Assembly: GCA_963804165.1 (NCBI GenBank)
Contig: CAWDPO010000003.1
Coordinates: 160,001-224,000 of the forward strand
Reading direction: 5' to 3'
DNA: 64,000 nt
From: an uncultured delta proteobacterium
Lineage (GTDB): Bacteria > Desulfobacterota > Binatia > UBA9968
Shown here: piece after piece, positions 20,237 through 29,276 of the stretch
How the letters are laid out: every line of letters starts with the position of its first letter
Position numbering within the stretch: position 1 is the stretch's first letter
Made by a program: the position numbers and the translations under genes
The notes under the pieces: model-generated
Database searches by the model: none
What the model was told of the DNA's origin: nothing
The model's input: the letters and a program-made list of their open reading frames with translations, nothing else

Positions 20237-20395
20237 AGCAGGGAAAGGAGGTGGTCCAGACATGATTGATAAATGTACTGTCTGCGAGGTGGCTGAGACC
20301 TAGGCTCTAGGCGGAATCTTTGACGGGGATTCGGGCCTGGAGCCTGGGAATCCCCCTCAGTCCACCTAGGGGTCCGCTTCGGCGGGATTAGTTTT
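20237..20395 (+). ncRNA. Candidate structured small RNA / sORF transcript with extended 16S-complementary tract
   Basis: Own promoter; GAAAGGAGGTGGTCCAG at 20243-20259; long hairpin 20306-20371; TTCG-capped GC hairpin 20372-20388 followed by a T-rich run; no long ORF downstream on this strand. Confidence 0.6.
20262..20303 (+). CDS. 13-aa small ORF MIDKCTVCEVAET (CxxC)
   Basis: ATG placed 10 nt after GGAGG of an exceptionally strong SD; TAG at 20301-20303. Confidence 0.55.
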   Translation: MIDKCTVCEVAET

Positions 20396-21116
20396 CCGCT
20401 GGAGCGGACCTTCTTTTCTTCAACAACTCGAGAGCCGCGGCGGCGGTTTTTCTGGATTGATCGTCGTTACTTTCGCTGGCGGCGTGCAGAGCGATTAAAA
20501 ACTCGTCCGACGGCGATCCTATATTCGCCAGCACGATCGCCGCAACATTGCGCACCCGCAGATCCGAGTCTTCCACGTAAGCTTTCAATAAGAGTGTCTT
20601 CCCGGTTTCTTTGACATCCGGTCTCGGCTTCAGACAGATCACGGCAGCCACTCTGACGGTTGGATCGGCATCGCTCAGAGCGTTGACCAACGCGGTCAAA
20701 CTCGCGGCGTCGTTTAAAATCAGGTCGCGAATACAGTACAAAGCCATCCTTTTTTGATTGGCCGTTCCGCATGCACTGAGATCGATCAGGCGGCTGACGA
20801 CATTGGGATCTTGCCTAGCGATGCGAATCAGCAGCAACGCCATCGCCCAGCGGATGTCCGGTTCGCGGTGATCGAGCGCGTCGAGCAAAGTTTGCACGAC
20901 AGTACCGGTTGGAAAGGGAAGTTGCCCTAGTAGATAGGCGACCGGCCAATAATTTTTGTGTCCAGATTGAGTCAGCCGTTCGTTCAGCAACGCGCGCAGA
21001 TTGGGAGATCGCTCGGCTAGTGGAATGAGCGCATCGACGGCGGCGCGAATCGTCGGCTTGTCGTGATGATCCAAGTCGGCGATCAGCGCGGCGATCTCGT
21101 TATCGTCCATAGTCAT
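20388..21116 (-). CDS. HEAT-repeat (PBS lyase-like) protein
   Basis: Repeated LxDxDxxVRxxAA units. Confidence 0.85.
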   Translation of the reverse strand: MTMDDNEIAALIADLDHHDKPTIRAAVDALIPLAERSPNLRALLNERLTQSGHKNYWPVAYLLGQLPFPTGTVVQTLLDALDHREPDIRWAMALLLIRIARQDPNVVSRLIDLSACGTANQKRMALYCIRDLILNDAASLTALVNALSDADPTVRVAAVICLKPRPDVKETGKTLLLKAYVEDSDLRVRNVAAIVLANIGSPSDEFLIALHAASESNDDQSRKTAAAALELLKKRRSAPAEN

Positions 21117-21174
21117 GAGCGGTCACTGAGTAAAGCCAGCGCTTTCGTGCCGATCTGCAGATGGACGGGACCGA

Positions 21175-22374
21175 TCAAATTTCGAGAAACTGCGGACAGT
21201 CGGTCAAATTGCGGTTGCCTTTGGCGTTGACAACGACAACGTCCTCCAGACGCACACCCCCGACGCCAAGATAATACAGCCCGGGCTCCACTGTCACGAC
21301 ATGACCGGTGCGCAGAATTGCGTCTACGGGCGCGATGCGCGGCGGTTCATGAATATCCAGACCCAAACCATGGCCCGTGCCATGAAAAAAGCCTTGCATG
21401 CGGCCGTTGATTCTACCGGTTGGGAAACCGCGTGCGGCGAAGAGATTCAAAATATTCTGATGAACCTCTTTGCCGTTAATGCCGTCGCGAATCTGCTCGA
21501 AGCCGATCCGTTGCCCCGCTTGTACCGTGGCGTAGATTTCCTTGAGCTTGTCGGAGGCGCGCCCGCGCACGACCGTCCGGCTCAGATCGCCGAAATAGCC
21601 GTTGCGTTGCGAGCGCGGAAAGATATCGAAGATGATCGAAGTGTTCGCTTTGATCGGTCCGCTGCCTTCGTGGTGCGGATCGACGCATTGATTGCCCGAC
21701 GAAATAATCGTGTGGCTCGGCAACCAACCCTGCGCCATGATCGTGGTGTTGACCGCGGTCTTCAGCATTTCGGACGTTAATCGCGTTCCATTCAAGTAAA
21801 GGTAACCGTCGCGTTTGGATTGAGTTCGCTTGAGCATGCGGATGCCGGCTTCGAGCCCAAGCCGCGCCACGCGCAAAGATTCGGCAATCTGCTGAACCTC
21901 AGCGCGGTTCTTGGCCTCGCGTTCGGCCCAAAACGGATCGCGCTTGATCTGCACGCTATAGCCTTTGGCTCTGAGTTGATCGGCCAGCAAAGCGGAAAAG
22001 TTTGCCGGCACGATCAGGGAGCGAATGCCTCTTTCGCGAAACAATAAATCGAGAATGTCGATCATGCCCGCCGGCGCCTTGCCGAGCTTGCGCAATTTGC
22101 GCTGGTAAGACGAAAGGGACAGAACGCGATCGACATGGGCCTGTTTTTTTGCTCGGTCGATCTCCAAGTCGCTCATCACGACAAACTTGATATTCTTGTG
22201 CTCAAAAAAAATGAACGGATCGGGCACGAAGAAGCCGACAGCGTAGAGCATATTGGCGTCGCCTTCGCTTGCGGTGACCAACAAGCGCGCCTGGTCGGCA
22301 CGCGGCTTCGCGACGCGTTGATCGTTCTTGAAATCAGTTTTTGCTCGGGAGCGTTGGGGTTTTGTTTCGACCAT
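21175..22374 (-). CDS. Xaa-Pro aminopeptidase (M24 family)
   Basis: IIFDIFP, GYFGDLSRT, FFHGTGHGLGLDIHEPP, VTVEPGLY, GVRLEDVVVV; start taken at MVETK. Confidence 0.92.
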   Translation of the reverse strand: MVETKPQRSRAKTDFKNDQRVAKPRADQARLLVTASEGDANMLYAVGFFVPDPFIFFEHKNIKFVVMSDLEIDRAKKQAHVDRVLSLSSYQRKLRKLGKAPAGMIDILDLLFRERGIRSLIVPANFSALLADQLRAKGYSVQIKRDPFWAEREAKNRAEVQQIAESLRVARLGLEAGIRMLKRTQSKRDGYLYLNGTRLTSEMLKTAVNTTIMAQGWLPSHTIISSGNQCVDPHHEGSGPIKANTSIIFDIFPRSQRNGYFGDLSRTVVRGRASDKLKEIYATVQAGQRIGFEQIRDGINGKEVHQNILNLFAARGFPTGRINGRMQGFFHGTGHGLGLDIHEPPRIAPVDAILRTGHVVTVEPGLYYLGVGGVRLEDVVVVNAKGNRNLTDCPQFLEI

Positions 22375-22486
22375 GTTTTGTTTAGCTCGTGAAAATTGAG
22401 CGTCGATTCGCTCGATGGAATAGTAACGCGAGCCCATCGCCAAGCGCAACTTCGCGGTGTTGCGACGCCTCTACGGCGCAATTCTG

Positions 22487-22514
22487 TTGACACACTAAGG
22501 CCGTTTGTTATGAT
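22487..22514 (+). promoter_or_regulatory. Putative sigma70 promoter for the carboxylase operon
   Basis: TTGACA, 16-bp spacer, TATGAT with extended -10 TG. Confidence 0.55.
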
Positions 22515-22567
22515 GCCGCCACTCGCTGGCAGGAAAACTTTGATCTCGCGTCTAAGGATTTGTTTTC

Positions 22568-24118
22568 ATGGTCATGACGAATAACTTCGACAAGCTGCGT
22601 GAGCTTAATCAAAAGGCCGACGCCGGGGGCGGAGAGGAGCGCGCGCGCCGCCAGCATGAACAGGGAAAACTGCTAGCGCGCGAACGACTCGACATCCTGC
22701 TCGATAGCGGCAGCTTCGTGGAGCTCGATCGTTTGCGTCTGCACGACTGCACCGAATTCGGCATGGAAAAACAAAAGTTTTTCGGCGATGCGGTGGTGAC
22801 GGGTTTCGGCGCGATCGATGGCCGCTTAGTTTACGTTTACTCCCAGGACTTCACCGTCTTTGGCGGCAGCCTGAGCCGCGTCGTTGCAGACAAAATATGC
22901 AAAGTGATGGACATGGCGATCAAGAACGGCGCGCCGCTCATCGGCATCAACGATTCCGGCGGCGCGCGTATTCAAGAAGGCGTCGATAGTCTCGCCGGAT
23001 ACGGTGAAATCTTTCAGCGTAACGTCATGGCGTCGGGTGTCGTGCCGCAAATCACGGCGATCATGGGGCCGTGCGCCGGGGGCGCGGTTTATTCGCCGGC
23101 GATCACCGATTTTATTTTCATGTTGAAGACCAACAGTTACATGTTCATCACCGGTCCCGACGTCATCAAAACCGTGACACACGAAGAAGTCACCAAGGAG
23201 GCTCTGGGCGGCGCCGAGACCCACGCGGGCGCGAGCGGTGTGGCGCATTTCACCGCCAACACGGAAAAAGATTGTCTGCTGATGATCCGCGACTTGATCG
23301 GCTTTTTGCCGAGCAATAACCAGGAAGATCCGCCGTTTCGTCCAAACACCGACGATCCGTTGCGGCGCGACCGCCGGCTCAAGGATCTAGTTCCGGATAA
23401 TCCCAACCGTCCTTACGACATGAAGGACCTAATTACGGCCGTCGTCGACGAAGGATATTTCTACGAGGTGCAATCGGAGTTCGCCTGCAACATTCTCATC
23501 GGATTCGCTCGTCTCGGCGGGCGTTCGGTCGGCATCGTCGCCAATCAGCCCGCCCACCTGGCAGGCTGTTTAGACATCAACGCGTCGGTGAAGGCGGCTC
23601 GCTTCATTCGATTTTGCGATTGTTTCAATATTCCCGTGGTGACGTTCGTCGACGTGCCGGGTTTTTTGCCGGGTACGGATCAGGAGTATCACGGTATCAT
23701 CCGCCATGGCGCGAAATTGCTCTATGCCTACGCCGAAGCGACGGTGCCGAAAATTACCATTGTGACGCGCAAGGCTTATGGCGGTGGTTACATCGTGATG
23801 TCGAGCAAACATTTGCGCGGTGATATCAACTTGGCGTATCCGACCGGCGAGATCGCCGTGATGGGGCCAGAAGGCGCGATCAATATCGTTTTTCGCGACG
23901 CCCTGCAGAAGGCTGCCGATCCGGCCAAGGCGCGCGACGAGATGGTCGCCACCTATCGGCAAACTTTCGCCAACCCTTTCAAAGCCGCGGAAGCGGGTTA
24001 TGTCGACGCGGTGATTTATCCCGAAGAAACGCGTCCGACATTGATCCGCGCGCTGGAAATGCTGAAAAATAAACAAGACCACAATCCGCCGAAGAAGCAT
24101 GGGAATATTCCACTCTGA
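22568..24118 (+). CDS. pccB: Acyl-CoA (propionyl-CoA) carboxylase, carboxyltransferase subunit
   Basis: QDFTVFGGSL, DSGGARIQEG, GPCAGGAVYSPA, DVPGFLPG, PPKKHGNIPL. Confidence 0.93.
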   Translation: MVMTNNFDKLRELNQKADAGGGEERARRQHEQGKLLARERLDILLDSGSFVELDRLRLHDCTEFGMEKQKFFGDAVVTGFGAIDGRLVYVYSQDFTVFGGSLSRVVADKICKVMDMAIKNGAPLIGINDSGGARIQEGVDSLAGYGEIFQRNVMASGVVPQITAIMGPCAGGAVYSPAITDFIFMLKTNSYMFITGPDVIKTVTHEEVTKEALGGAETHAGASGVAHFTANTEKDCLLMIRDLIGFLPSNNQEDPPFRPNTDDPLRRDRRLKDLVPDNPNRPYDMKDLITAVVDEGYFYEVQSEFACNILIGFARLGGRSVGIVANQPAHLAGCLDINASVKAARFIRFCDCFNIPVVTFVDVPGFLPGTDQEYHGIIRHGAKLLYAYAEATVPKITIVTRKAYGGGYIVMSSKHLRGDINLAYPTGEIAVMGPEGAINIVFRDALQKAADPAKARDEMVATYRQTFANPFKAAEAGYVDAVIYPEETRPTLIRALEMLKNKQDHNPPKKHGNIPL

Positions 24119-24148
24119 AGAAGAGGCGTTGGGCAACCGTTTATCGTT

Positions 24149-24176
24149 GTAGGGGCGCAGCATGCTGCGTCCCTAC
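24149..24176. repeat. GTAG-type REP palindrome
   Basis: GTAGGGGCGCAGCATGCTGCGTCCCTAC. Confidence 0.75.
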
Positions 24177-24209
24177 GCCTATGGCCTATCGCTTGTCGCC
24201 TCTCCCAGT

Positions 24210-25751
24210 ATGTTTAAGCGCATCCTCATCGCCAACCGCGGCGAGATCGCGGTGCGCATCGCGCGCGCTTGCCGCGAGCTCGATATCGAAACGGTTGCGG
24301 TCTATTCCGCAGCCGACCGCGAATCGCTCCACGTAAAATACGCCGATTACGCCTACCCGATCGGACCGGCGCCGTCGACGCAAAGTTACCTATCGATCGA
24401 CCGCATAATCGAAGTCTGCAAAAAGAGCGGGGCGGAAGCGGTGCACCCGGGTTACGGATTTTTAGCGGAGAACGCGAAGTTTGCTCAGCGGTGCAAGGAC
24501 GAAGGCATCGTGTTCATCGGTCCGTCGCCGCAAGTGATCGATCAGATGGGCGACAAAGTGAAGGCGCGCCAAATCATGAAGGGCGCCGGCGTGCCCGTGG
24601 TCCCCGGGTCGGACGGCATTCTCACCTCCGAAGAAGAGGTCCTGAAGACGATTGAGTCCATCGGTTATCCATGTATGTTAAAAGCGGTCGCCGGCGGTGG
24701 CGGCAAGGGTCTGCGGCTGGTTCGCCAGCGACGCGAAGTGTCATCCGCGTTTCGTGCCGTTGGGTCTGAAGCGGCTTCTTCGTTCGGCGACGCCAGGCTT
24801 TACGTCGAGAAATTCATCGAAAAACCACGTCACGTGGAAATTCAGATCCTCGCCGATAGTTACGGCCACGTGATCCATCTCTATGACCGCGAATGTTCGA
24901 TCCAACGGCGCCATCAGAAGGTCCTCGAGGAGTCGCCGGCCCCTGGGTTAGAAGATCGCACGCGCCGACGCATCGGCAGGATCGCCATCCAGGGCGCGCG
25001 CGCGGTCCGATACGTCGGCGCCGGAACGTTGGAGTTTCTGCTCGACCAGGAGCAAAATTTTTATTTTCTTGAAATGAATACGCGCCTCCAAGTCGAGCAC
25101 GCTGTGACCGAGCGGGTGGTCGGCATCGATTTGGTCAAAGCCCAGATCGAGATCGCGGCGGGCGGCTATTTGCCGTGGCGCCAGCGCCATATCACACAGA
25201 CCGGTCACGCCATCGAATGCCGCATTTACGCCGAGGACCCGGAACGAGATTTCATGCCTTGTCCCGGCAAGATCGAGGGGCTGCGGCTGCCGGAAGGACT
25301 CGGTTTGAGAAATGACTGCGGTGTTTACGAAGGCGCAGAAGTGCCGATCTACTATGATCCGATGATCGCCAAGTTGATTACCTGGGGCGAAAATCGCGTC
25401 GAGGCGATTCTCCGCATGCGCCGCGCACTCCGTGAATACCAGGTGCGCGGCATCAAGACCAACATTTCATTCAATCAATGGATCTTGCGCCACCCGCGGT
25501 TCATGTCCGGAGACGTCAATACCGGTTTCATCGACCAAGAGTATCGGGCATCGAACAGCGAAGAAGTGCTGCCGCACAAGGAAATCGCGCTGGCATCCGC
25601 AGCGATCGCGGCGCTGCACCGCGAACAGGAGCAGACTCTGGGGCTTTTAGCGAGAGGAGCCGCCGAGCCGTCAAAGTGGCGCGAACAAGGAAAGCGTAAT
25701 TCGTTGCGCCGCCACGAAACGTTCCTGGGGCGCGGCTGGCGCCGCTCGTAA
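24210..25751 (+). CDS. accC: Biotin carboxylase subunit
   Basis: MFKRILIANRGEIAVR, HPGYGFLAEN, GGGGKG, RECSIQRRHQK, FLEMNTRLQVEH, YYDPMIAKLI. Confidence 0.93.
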   Translation: MFKRILIANRGEIAVRIARACRELDIETVAVYSAADRESLHVKYADYAYPIGPAPSTQSYLSIDRIIEVCKKSGAEAVHPGYGFLAENAKFAQRCKDEGIVFIGPSPQVIDQMGDKVKARQIMKGAGVPVVPGSDGILTSEEEVLKTIESIGYPCMLKAVAGGGGKGLRLVRQRREVSSAFRAVGSEAASSFGDARLYVEKFIEKPRHVEIQILADSYGHVIHLYDRECSIQRRHQKVLEESPAPGLEDRTRRRIGRIAIQGARAVRYVGAGTLEFLLDQEQNFYFLEMNTRLQVEHAVTERVVGIDLVKAQIEIAAGGYLPWRQRHITQTGHAIECRIYAEDPERDFMPCPGKIEGLRLPEGLGLRNDCGVYEGAEVPIYYDPMIAKLITWGENRVEAILRMRRALREYQVRGIKTNISFNQWILRHPRFMSGDVNTGFIDQEYRASNSEEVLPHKEIALASAAIAALHREQEQTLGLLARGAAEPSKWREQGKRNSLRRHETFLGRGWRRS

Positions 25752-25762
25752 CGGCTGTTGCC

Positions 25763-26266
25763 ATGGCTTTCATCGGCAAACTGGGGGAGCAGAGTTATAC
25801 CGTCGAGATCGAAGAGACGGGCAAGTCCGTCTATCGGGTATCGGTGGATGGCAATGAATTTCTCGTCGACGGAAAAAAGACCGGCCGAACCAATTACTCG
25901 TTGATTGTCGATGACCGGTCGTTTGAAATCGAGGTCGATAATACCGACGATGAGTATCGCGTGCTCGTCGATGGGCGCACTTATCGCATCCAGCTGGTCG
26001 ACGAGCGGCGGATGCGAGTCGGCGGCACGCAATCCGGCGTCGAGTTGGCGGGCCGCCAATTGGTCTCCGTGCCGATGCCCGGCAAGATCATCGCCATTTT
26101 AGTGGCGGAGGGTGACTCCGTCGAGAAAGGGCAGGGCTTGGTTATTGTCGAGGCCATGAAGATGGAAAACGAGGTCCGCAGTCCAATTGCCGGTGAGATC
26201 AAAGAGATCAAAGTAAAACCCGGCGACACTGTAGAGGGCGGCTCGGTGCTCGTTATCGTCGAGTAA
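25763..26266 (+). CDS. Biotin carboxyl carrier protein
   Basis: PMPGKI...EAMKMENE biotinylation motif. Confidence 0.93.
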   Translation: MAFIGKLGEQSYTVEIEETGKSVYRVSVDGNEFLVDGKKTGRTNYSLIVDDRSFEIEVDNTDDEYRVLVDGRTYRIQLVDERRMRVGGTQSGVELAGRQLVSVPMPGKIIAILVAEGDSVEKGQGLVIVEAMKMENEVRSPIAGEIKEIKVKPGDTVEGGSVLVIVE

Positions 26267-26335
26267 CGAGTTTTTAACCAATTTCTTGAGTCTTATTGTT
26301 GTCACTTAGATTCATTCGTGTTATAGCAGCCAAAA

Positions 26336-26887
26336 ATGATTCCCAAAAAATGTTTTTTTACCAAAGGAGTCGGCGTCCACAAGGAAAAGTTGGCATCTTT
26401 TGAGTTGGCGTTGCGCTCGGCCGGCCTGGCCTTCTGCAATCTAGTCTTGGTGTCGAGCATCTACCCGCCGGGTTGCAAACGAATCTCCAAGGAAGAGGGG
26501 ACCAAGCTCCTACGGCCCGGTGAGATCGTCTTTTGTGTATATGACCGCGAGAGCACCAATGAGCCGAATCGTTTAGTCGCTGCGTCAGTCGGCGTCGCCA
26601 TACCCGCGGACCAGGAGCAACATGGCTATCTCTCGGAACACCATTCGTTCGGCGAGACCGAAGAAAAAGCCGGCGAGTACGCCGAAGACTTGGCCGCCAG
26701 CATGTTAGCCACCACCCTCGGCATTGAGTTCGACCCGGATATTGCTTGGGACGAGAGAGAAAATCTGTTCAAAATGTCCGGCAAAATTGTGCGCACGACG
26801 AACATCACCCAGTCCGCGATCGGCAACAAGGACGGGCTCTGGACGACGGTATTTGCCGCGTGTGCCTTCGTCAACGAAGACAGCTAG
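26336..26887 (+). CDS. pdaD: Pyruvoyl-dependent arginine decarboxylase
   Basis: [18 protein letters not shown] (Ser-Ser autocleavage), GYLSEHH, WTTVFAA. Confidence 0.9.
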   Translation: MIPKKCFFTKGVGVHKEKLASFELALRSAGLAFCNLVLVSSIYPPGCKRISKEEGTKLLRPGEIVFCVYDRESTNEPNRLVAASVGVAIPADQEQHGYLSEHHSFGETEEKAGEYAEDLAASMLATTLGIEFDPDIAWDERENLFKMSGKIVRTTNITQSAIGNKDGLWTTVFAACAFVNEDS

Positions 26888-26949
26888 CGACCACAATACC
26901 GCTCCGTGGGTCTTGTCGCCGCCCAAGCATCCCACTTCGGAGTAAAATT

Positions 26950-27000
26950 TGGAGTGATGGAGTATTGGAGTAATGGGTTCAGAAAACCCAATGCCCCACT
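26950..27000. repeat. TGGAGTA(T/C)-tandem repeat copy
   Basis: TGGAGTGATGGAGTATTGGAGTAATGGG, degenerate right arm. Confidence 0.7.
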
Positions 27001-27040
27001 ATAAATCCAGTATCTCGTTCGCCCAACGCTCCCATTCTCC

Positions 27041-27814
27041 TCACTCCGCGGCCCGCTCCAATCGATTCATTCTCCAACGCGCGACATAGGCGGCGGCGAT
27101 GCTGACGCCGTAAAGCAGCATCAGCGGCGCCATCAAGAGCACTTGCGAGATCAAGTCCGGCGGCGTCAACACAGCGGACATTAGAGCCATCGCGATAACC
27201 GCATAGCGGCTGTGGCGAATCAAAAACCGGTGGTCGATCAGCCCGACGCGCGCGAGAAAAAACGCCAGTACCGGCAGCTCGAACATCACGCCGGATACGA
27301 GCACGAGGCGCGAGACCAAGGAGAGATAATCGCCGATCTGCAGCAGGGGTTGAACATCGATGACTTCATAGCGCTGCAGCAGGAAGCTCAACCCTTGGTG
27401 AATGACGATTTCATAACAGAACGCCGCGCCGCCGATGAAGAAAAACGACCCAAAAAAAACGAAGCTCCGGGTGTAGCGTTTTTCGTGTTCGTAGAGGCCC
27501 GGCGCGACGAACTGCCACACCTGCCAGAGCCATACCGGCGACGTGATGATGATCGCCGCGACGAAGGCGACTTTCATTTTGGTAAAAAACGCTTCGGTTA
27601 CCGTCGTCCCGATCAACGCCAGGCCGCGAATTTGCAGGCGCCGCACGGGAGCCGCGAGGATGGCAACTAGGTCATCGACGATTGCGTAACAAGCGGAAAA
27701 ACCAACGGCAATGGCCAATACGCTCTTGACCAGGCGCGAGCGCAGCTCTGCCAGATGAGAGGTAAAGGGCATCTGGACATCGGAGGACTGCCCGCTACCT
27801 TCACTCGTGCTCAC
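27041..27814 (-). CDS. tatC: Twin-arginine translocase TatC
   Basis: [40 protein letters not shown]. Confidence 0.95.
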   Translation of the reverse strand: MSTSEGSGQSSDVQMPFTSHLAELRSRLVKSVLAIAVGFSACYAIVDDLVAILAAPVRRLQIRGLALIGTTVTEAFFTKMKVAFVAAIIITSPVWLWQVWQFVAPGLYEHEKRYTRSFVFFGSFFFIGGAAFCYEIVIHQGLSFLLQRYEVIDVQPLLQIGDYLSLVSRLVLVSGVMFELPVLAFFLARVGLIDHRFLIRHSRYAVIAMALMSAVLTPPDLISQVLLMAPLMLLYGVSIAAAYVARWRMNRLERAAE

Positions 27815-28086
27815 GTTTTTTCTGGAGTGGATTCGGGATTAGCGGCGATCGAATCAGGCGGCTTTTCCGGTACGGGATCGTCGTCTTTGGCGGTGGCGCT
27901 AGCGGATGCGTCTTCGACTTCGCGTTCCATCTGGCGGAACTCGTCTTTCAATTCATCGGTAGCGCGGCGAAACTCGGCTATTCCCTTGCCCAGTGCGCGT
28001 GCCAATTCCGGCAGTTTTTTGGGGCCGAGGACGATCAACGCCAAGCCGAGAATCAAAAGCAATTCTGGCATGCCGATACCGAACAT
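27811..28086 (-). CDS. tatB: Twin-arginine translocase TatA/TatB subunit
   Basis: [27 protein letters not shown]; overlaps the tatC start; A versus B is ambiguous. Confidence 0.85.
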   Translation of the reverse strand: MFGIGMPELLLILGLALIVLGPKKLPELARALGKGIAEFRRATDELKDEFRQMEREVEDASASATAKDDDPVPEKPPDSIAANPESTPEKT

Positions 28087-28171
28087 GGTTGTAAACTATG
28101 CGATTTCGTCGACGTTGGCAAGAATAGTCCGCTGCTTTGCAGGACGATAACTTAGATGTTAGGTTATTTAG

Positions 28172-29200
28172 ATGGCAAAAACCGCGGTGGTCATCGATCA
28201 AGAATACTTGAAGCACCTGCCGGGCGATTCTCATCCGGAGCGACCCGAGCGGATTCAAGTTCTGCTCGACTTGGCTAACGACCTTGATAAACGGAAATTC
28301 CAGCTCACGCCTCCCAAGGCGGCGACCCGCACCGACATCGAAAAAACTCACGGGGCAGATCATGTACGCCTCGTCGAGTCGACTTCGGCCGTCAATCGAT
28401 ATGCCTTGGATGGCGACACGATCACGTGTCGCGATTCTTTCGGCGTCAGTTTATTAGCGGCGGGCGGCTTTTTAACCTTATTGGATGGGATCGCGGCGAA
28501 GGAAAGCCCGAACGGCTTCGCGTTGGTTCGACCTCCCGGCCATCATGCCTTGCGCAACCGGGCGATGGGGTTTTGCTTATTTAACAGCATGGCGATCGGC
28601 GCTGAATATCTCAAGCGCGCCTTCGGCGCGAAGAAAATTTTGATCATGGATTGGGACGTGCATCACGGTAACGGTACCCAAGATGCGTTCTATGACGATC
28701 CCACCGTAATGTTTATTTCGACGCATCAGTTTCCCTTCTATCCGGGAAGCGGCGCCGTGAATGAGGTGGGCGCCGCAGCCGGTGCGGGCTTCACGATCAA
28801 CGTGCCGCTGCCGGCGGGCTGCGCCGACGCGGAGTATTTGCAAGTCTTCCAGGATATCGTTGTTCCCGCCGCGACAAAATTTCAACCCGAATGGATTTTG
28901 GTTTCCGCGGGTTTCGATCCACACCGCCGTGACCCGCTGGGCGGCATGGGCGTCACGGAGCAGGGGTTCGGCGCGATGGCTCGATCGCTACTCGCACTTG
29001 CCAATCAGTTTGCCGATGGCCGGATCGCCTTCCTGCTCGAAGGCGGTTATGACCTTGCGGGTTTGCGCGACTCCGTGGCGGCGGTGTTAACGGAGATGCA
29101 AGATTCAGAACCGCGTCCGGTCAGTCATTTGCCGTTGGCTGAAAGCAAAATCGCGCCGCTGATTGGCCGCGTACGGCAAGTACAGGAAAACTATCGATAA
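28172..29200 (+). CDS. Histone deacetylase family amidohydrolase
   Basis: HPERPER, RPPGHHA, GFCLFN, DWDVHHGNGTQ, SAGFD, LEGGY. Confidence 0.95.
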   Translation: MAKTAVVIDQEYLKHLPGDSHPERPERIQVLLDLANDLDKRKFQLTPPKAATRTDIEKTHGADHVRLVESTSAVNRYALDGDTITCRDSFGVSLLAAGGFLTLLDGIAAKESPNGFALVRPPGHHALRNRAMGFCLFNSMAIGAEYLKRAFGAKKILIMDWDVHHGNGTQDAFYDDPTVMFISTHQFPFYPGSGAVNEVGAAAGAGFTINVPLPAGCADAEYLQVFQDIVVPAATKFQPEWILVSAGFDPHRRDPLGGMGVTEQGFGAMARSLLALANQFADGRIAFLLEGGYDLAGLRDSVAAVLTEMQDSEPRPVSHLPLAESKIAPLIGRVRQVQENYR

Positions 29201-29276
29201 AGTAAATTCCTATTGACCCTCTTAGCCGACTCATCTATTTTACAGTTTCAAATTTATTACAGATTGGTTACGAAAC

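Noticed and set aside
20243-20259. Possible minus-strand 16S rRNA 3' fragment
   Set aside because: Similarity stops after CCAG; the expected continuation CCGCAGG...CTACGG is absent. The context (promoter, ATG) favours a plus-strand element.
20237-20395. 6S RNA, SRP RNA, tmRNA or tRNA identity for the small RNA
   Set aside because: No closing 5'/3' rod with central bubble, no SRP GNRA domain IV motif, no tRNA-like acceptor/T arm or CCA seen
29228-29239. 12-nt match (GACTCATCTATT) between the fabF upstream region and the IS non-coding end
   Set aside because: A single short match is expected by chance in a window this size; there is no flanking similarity
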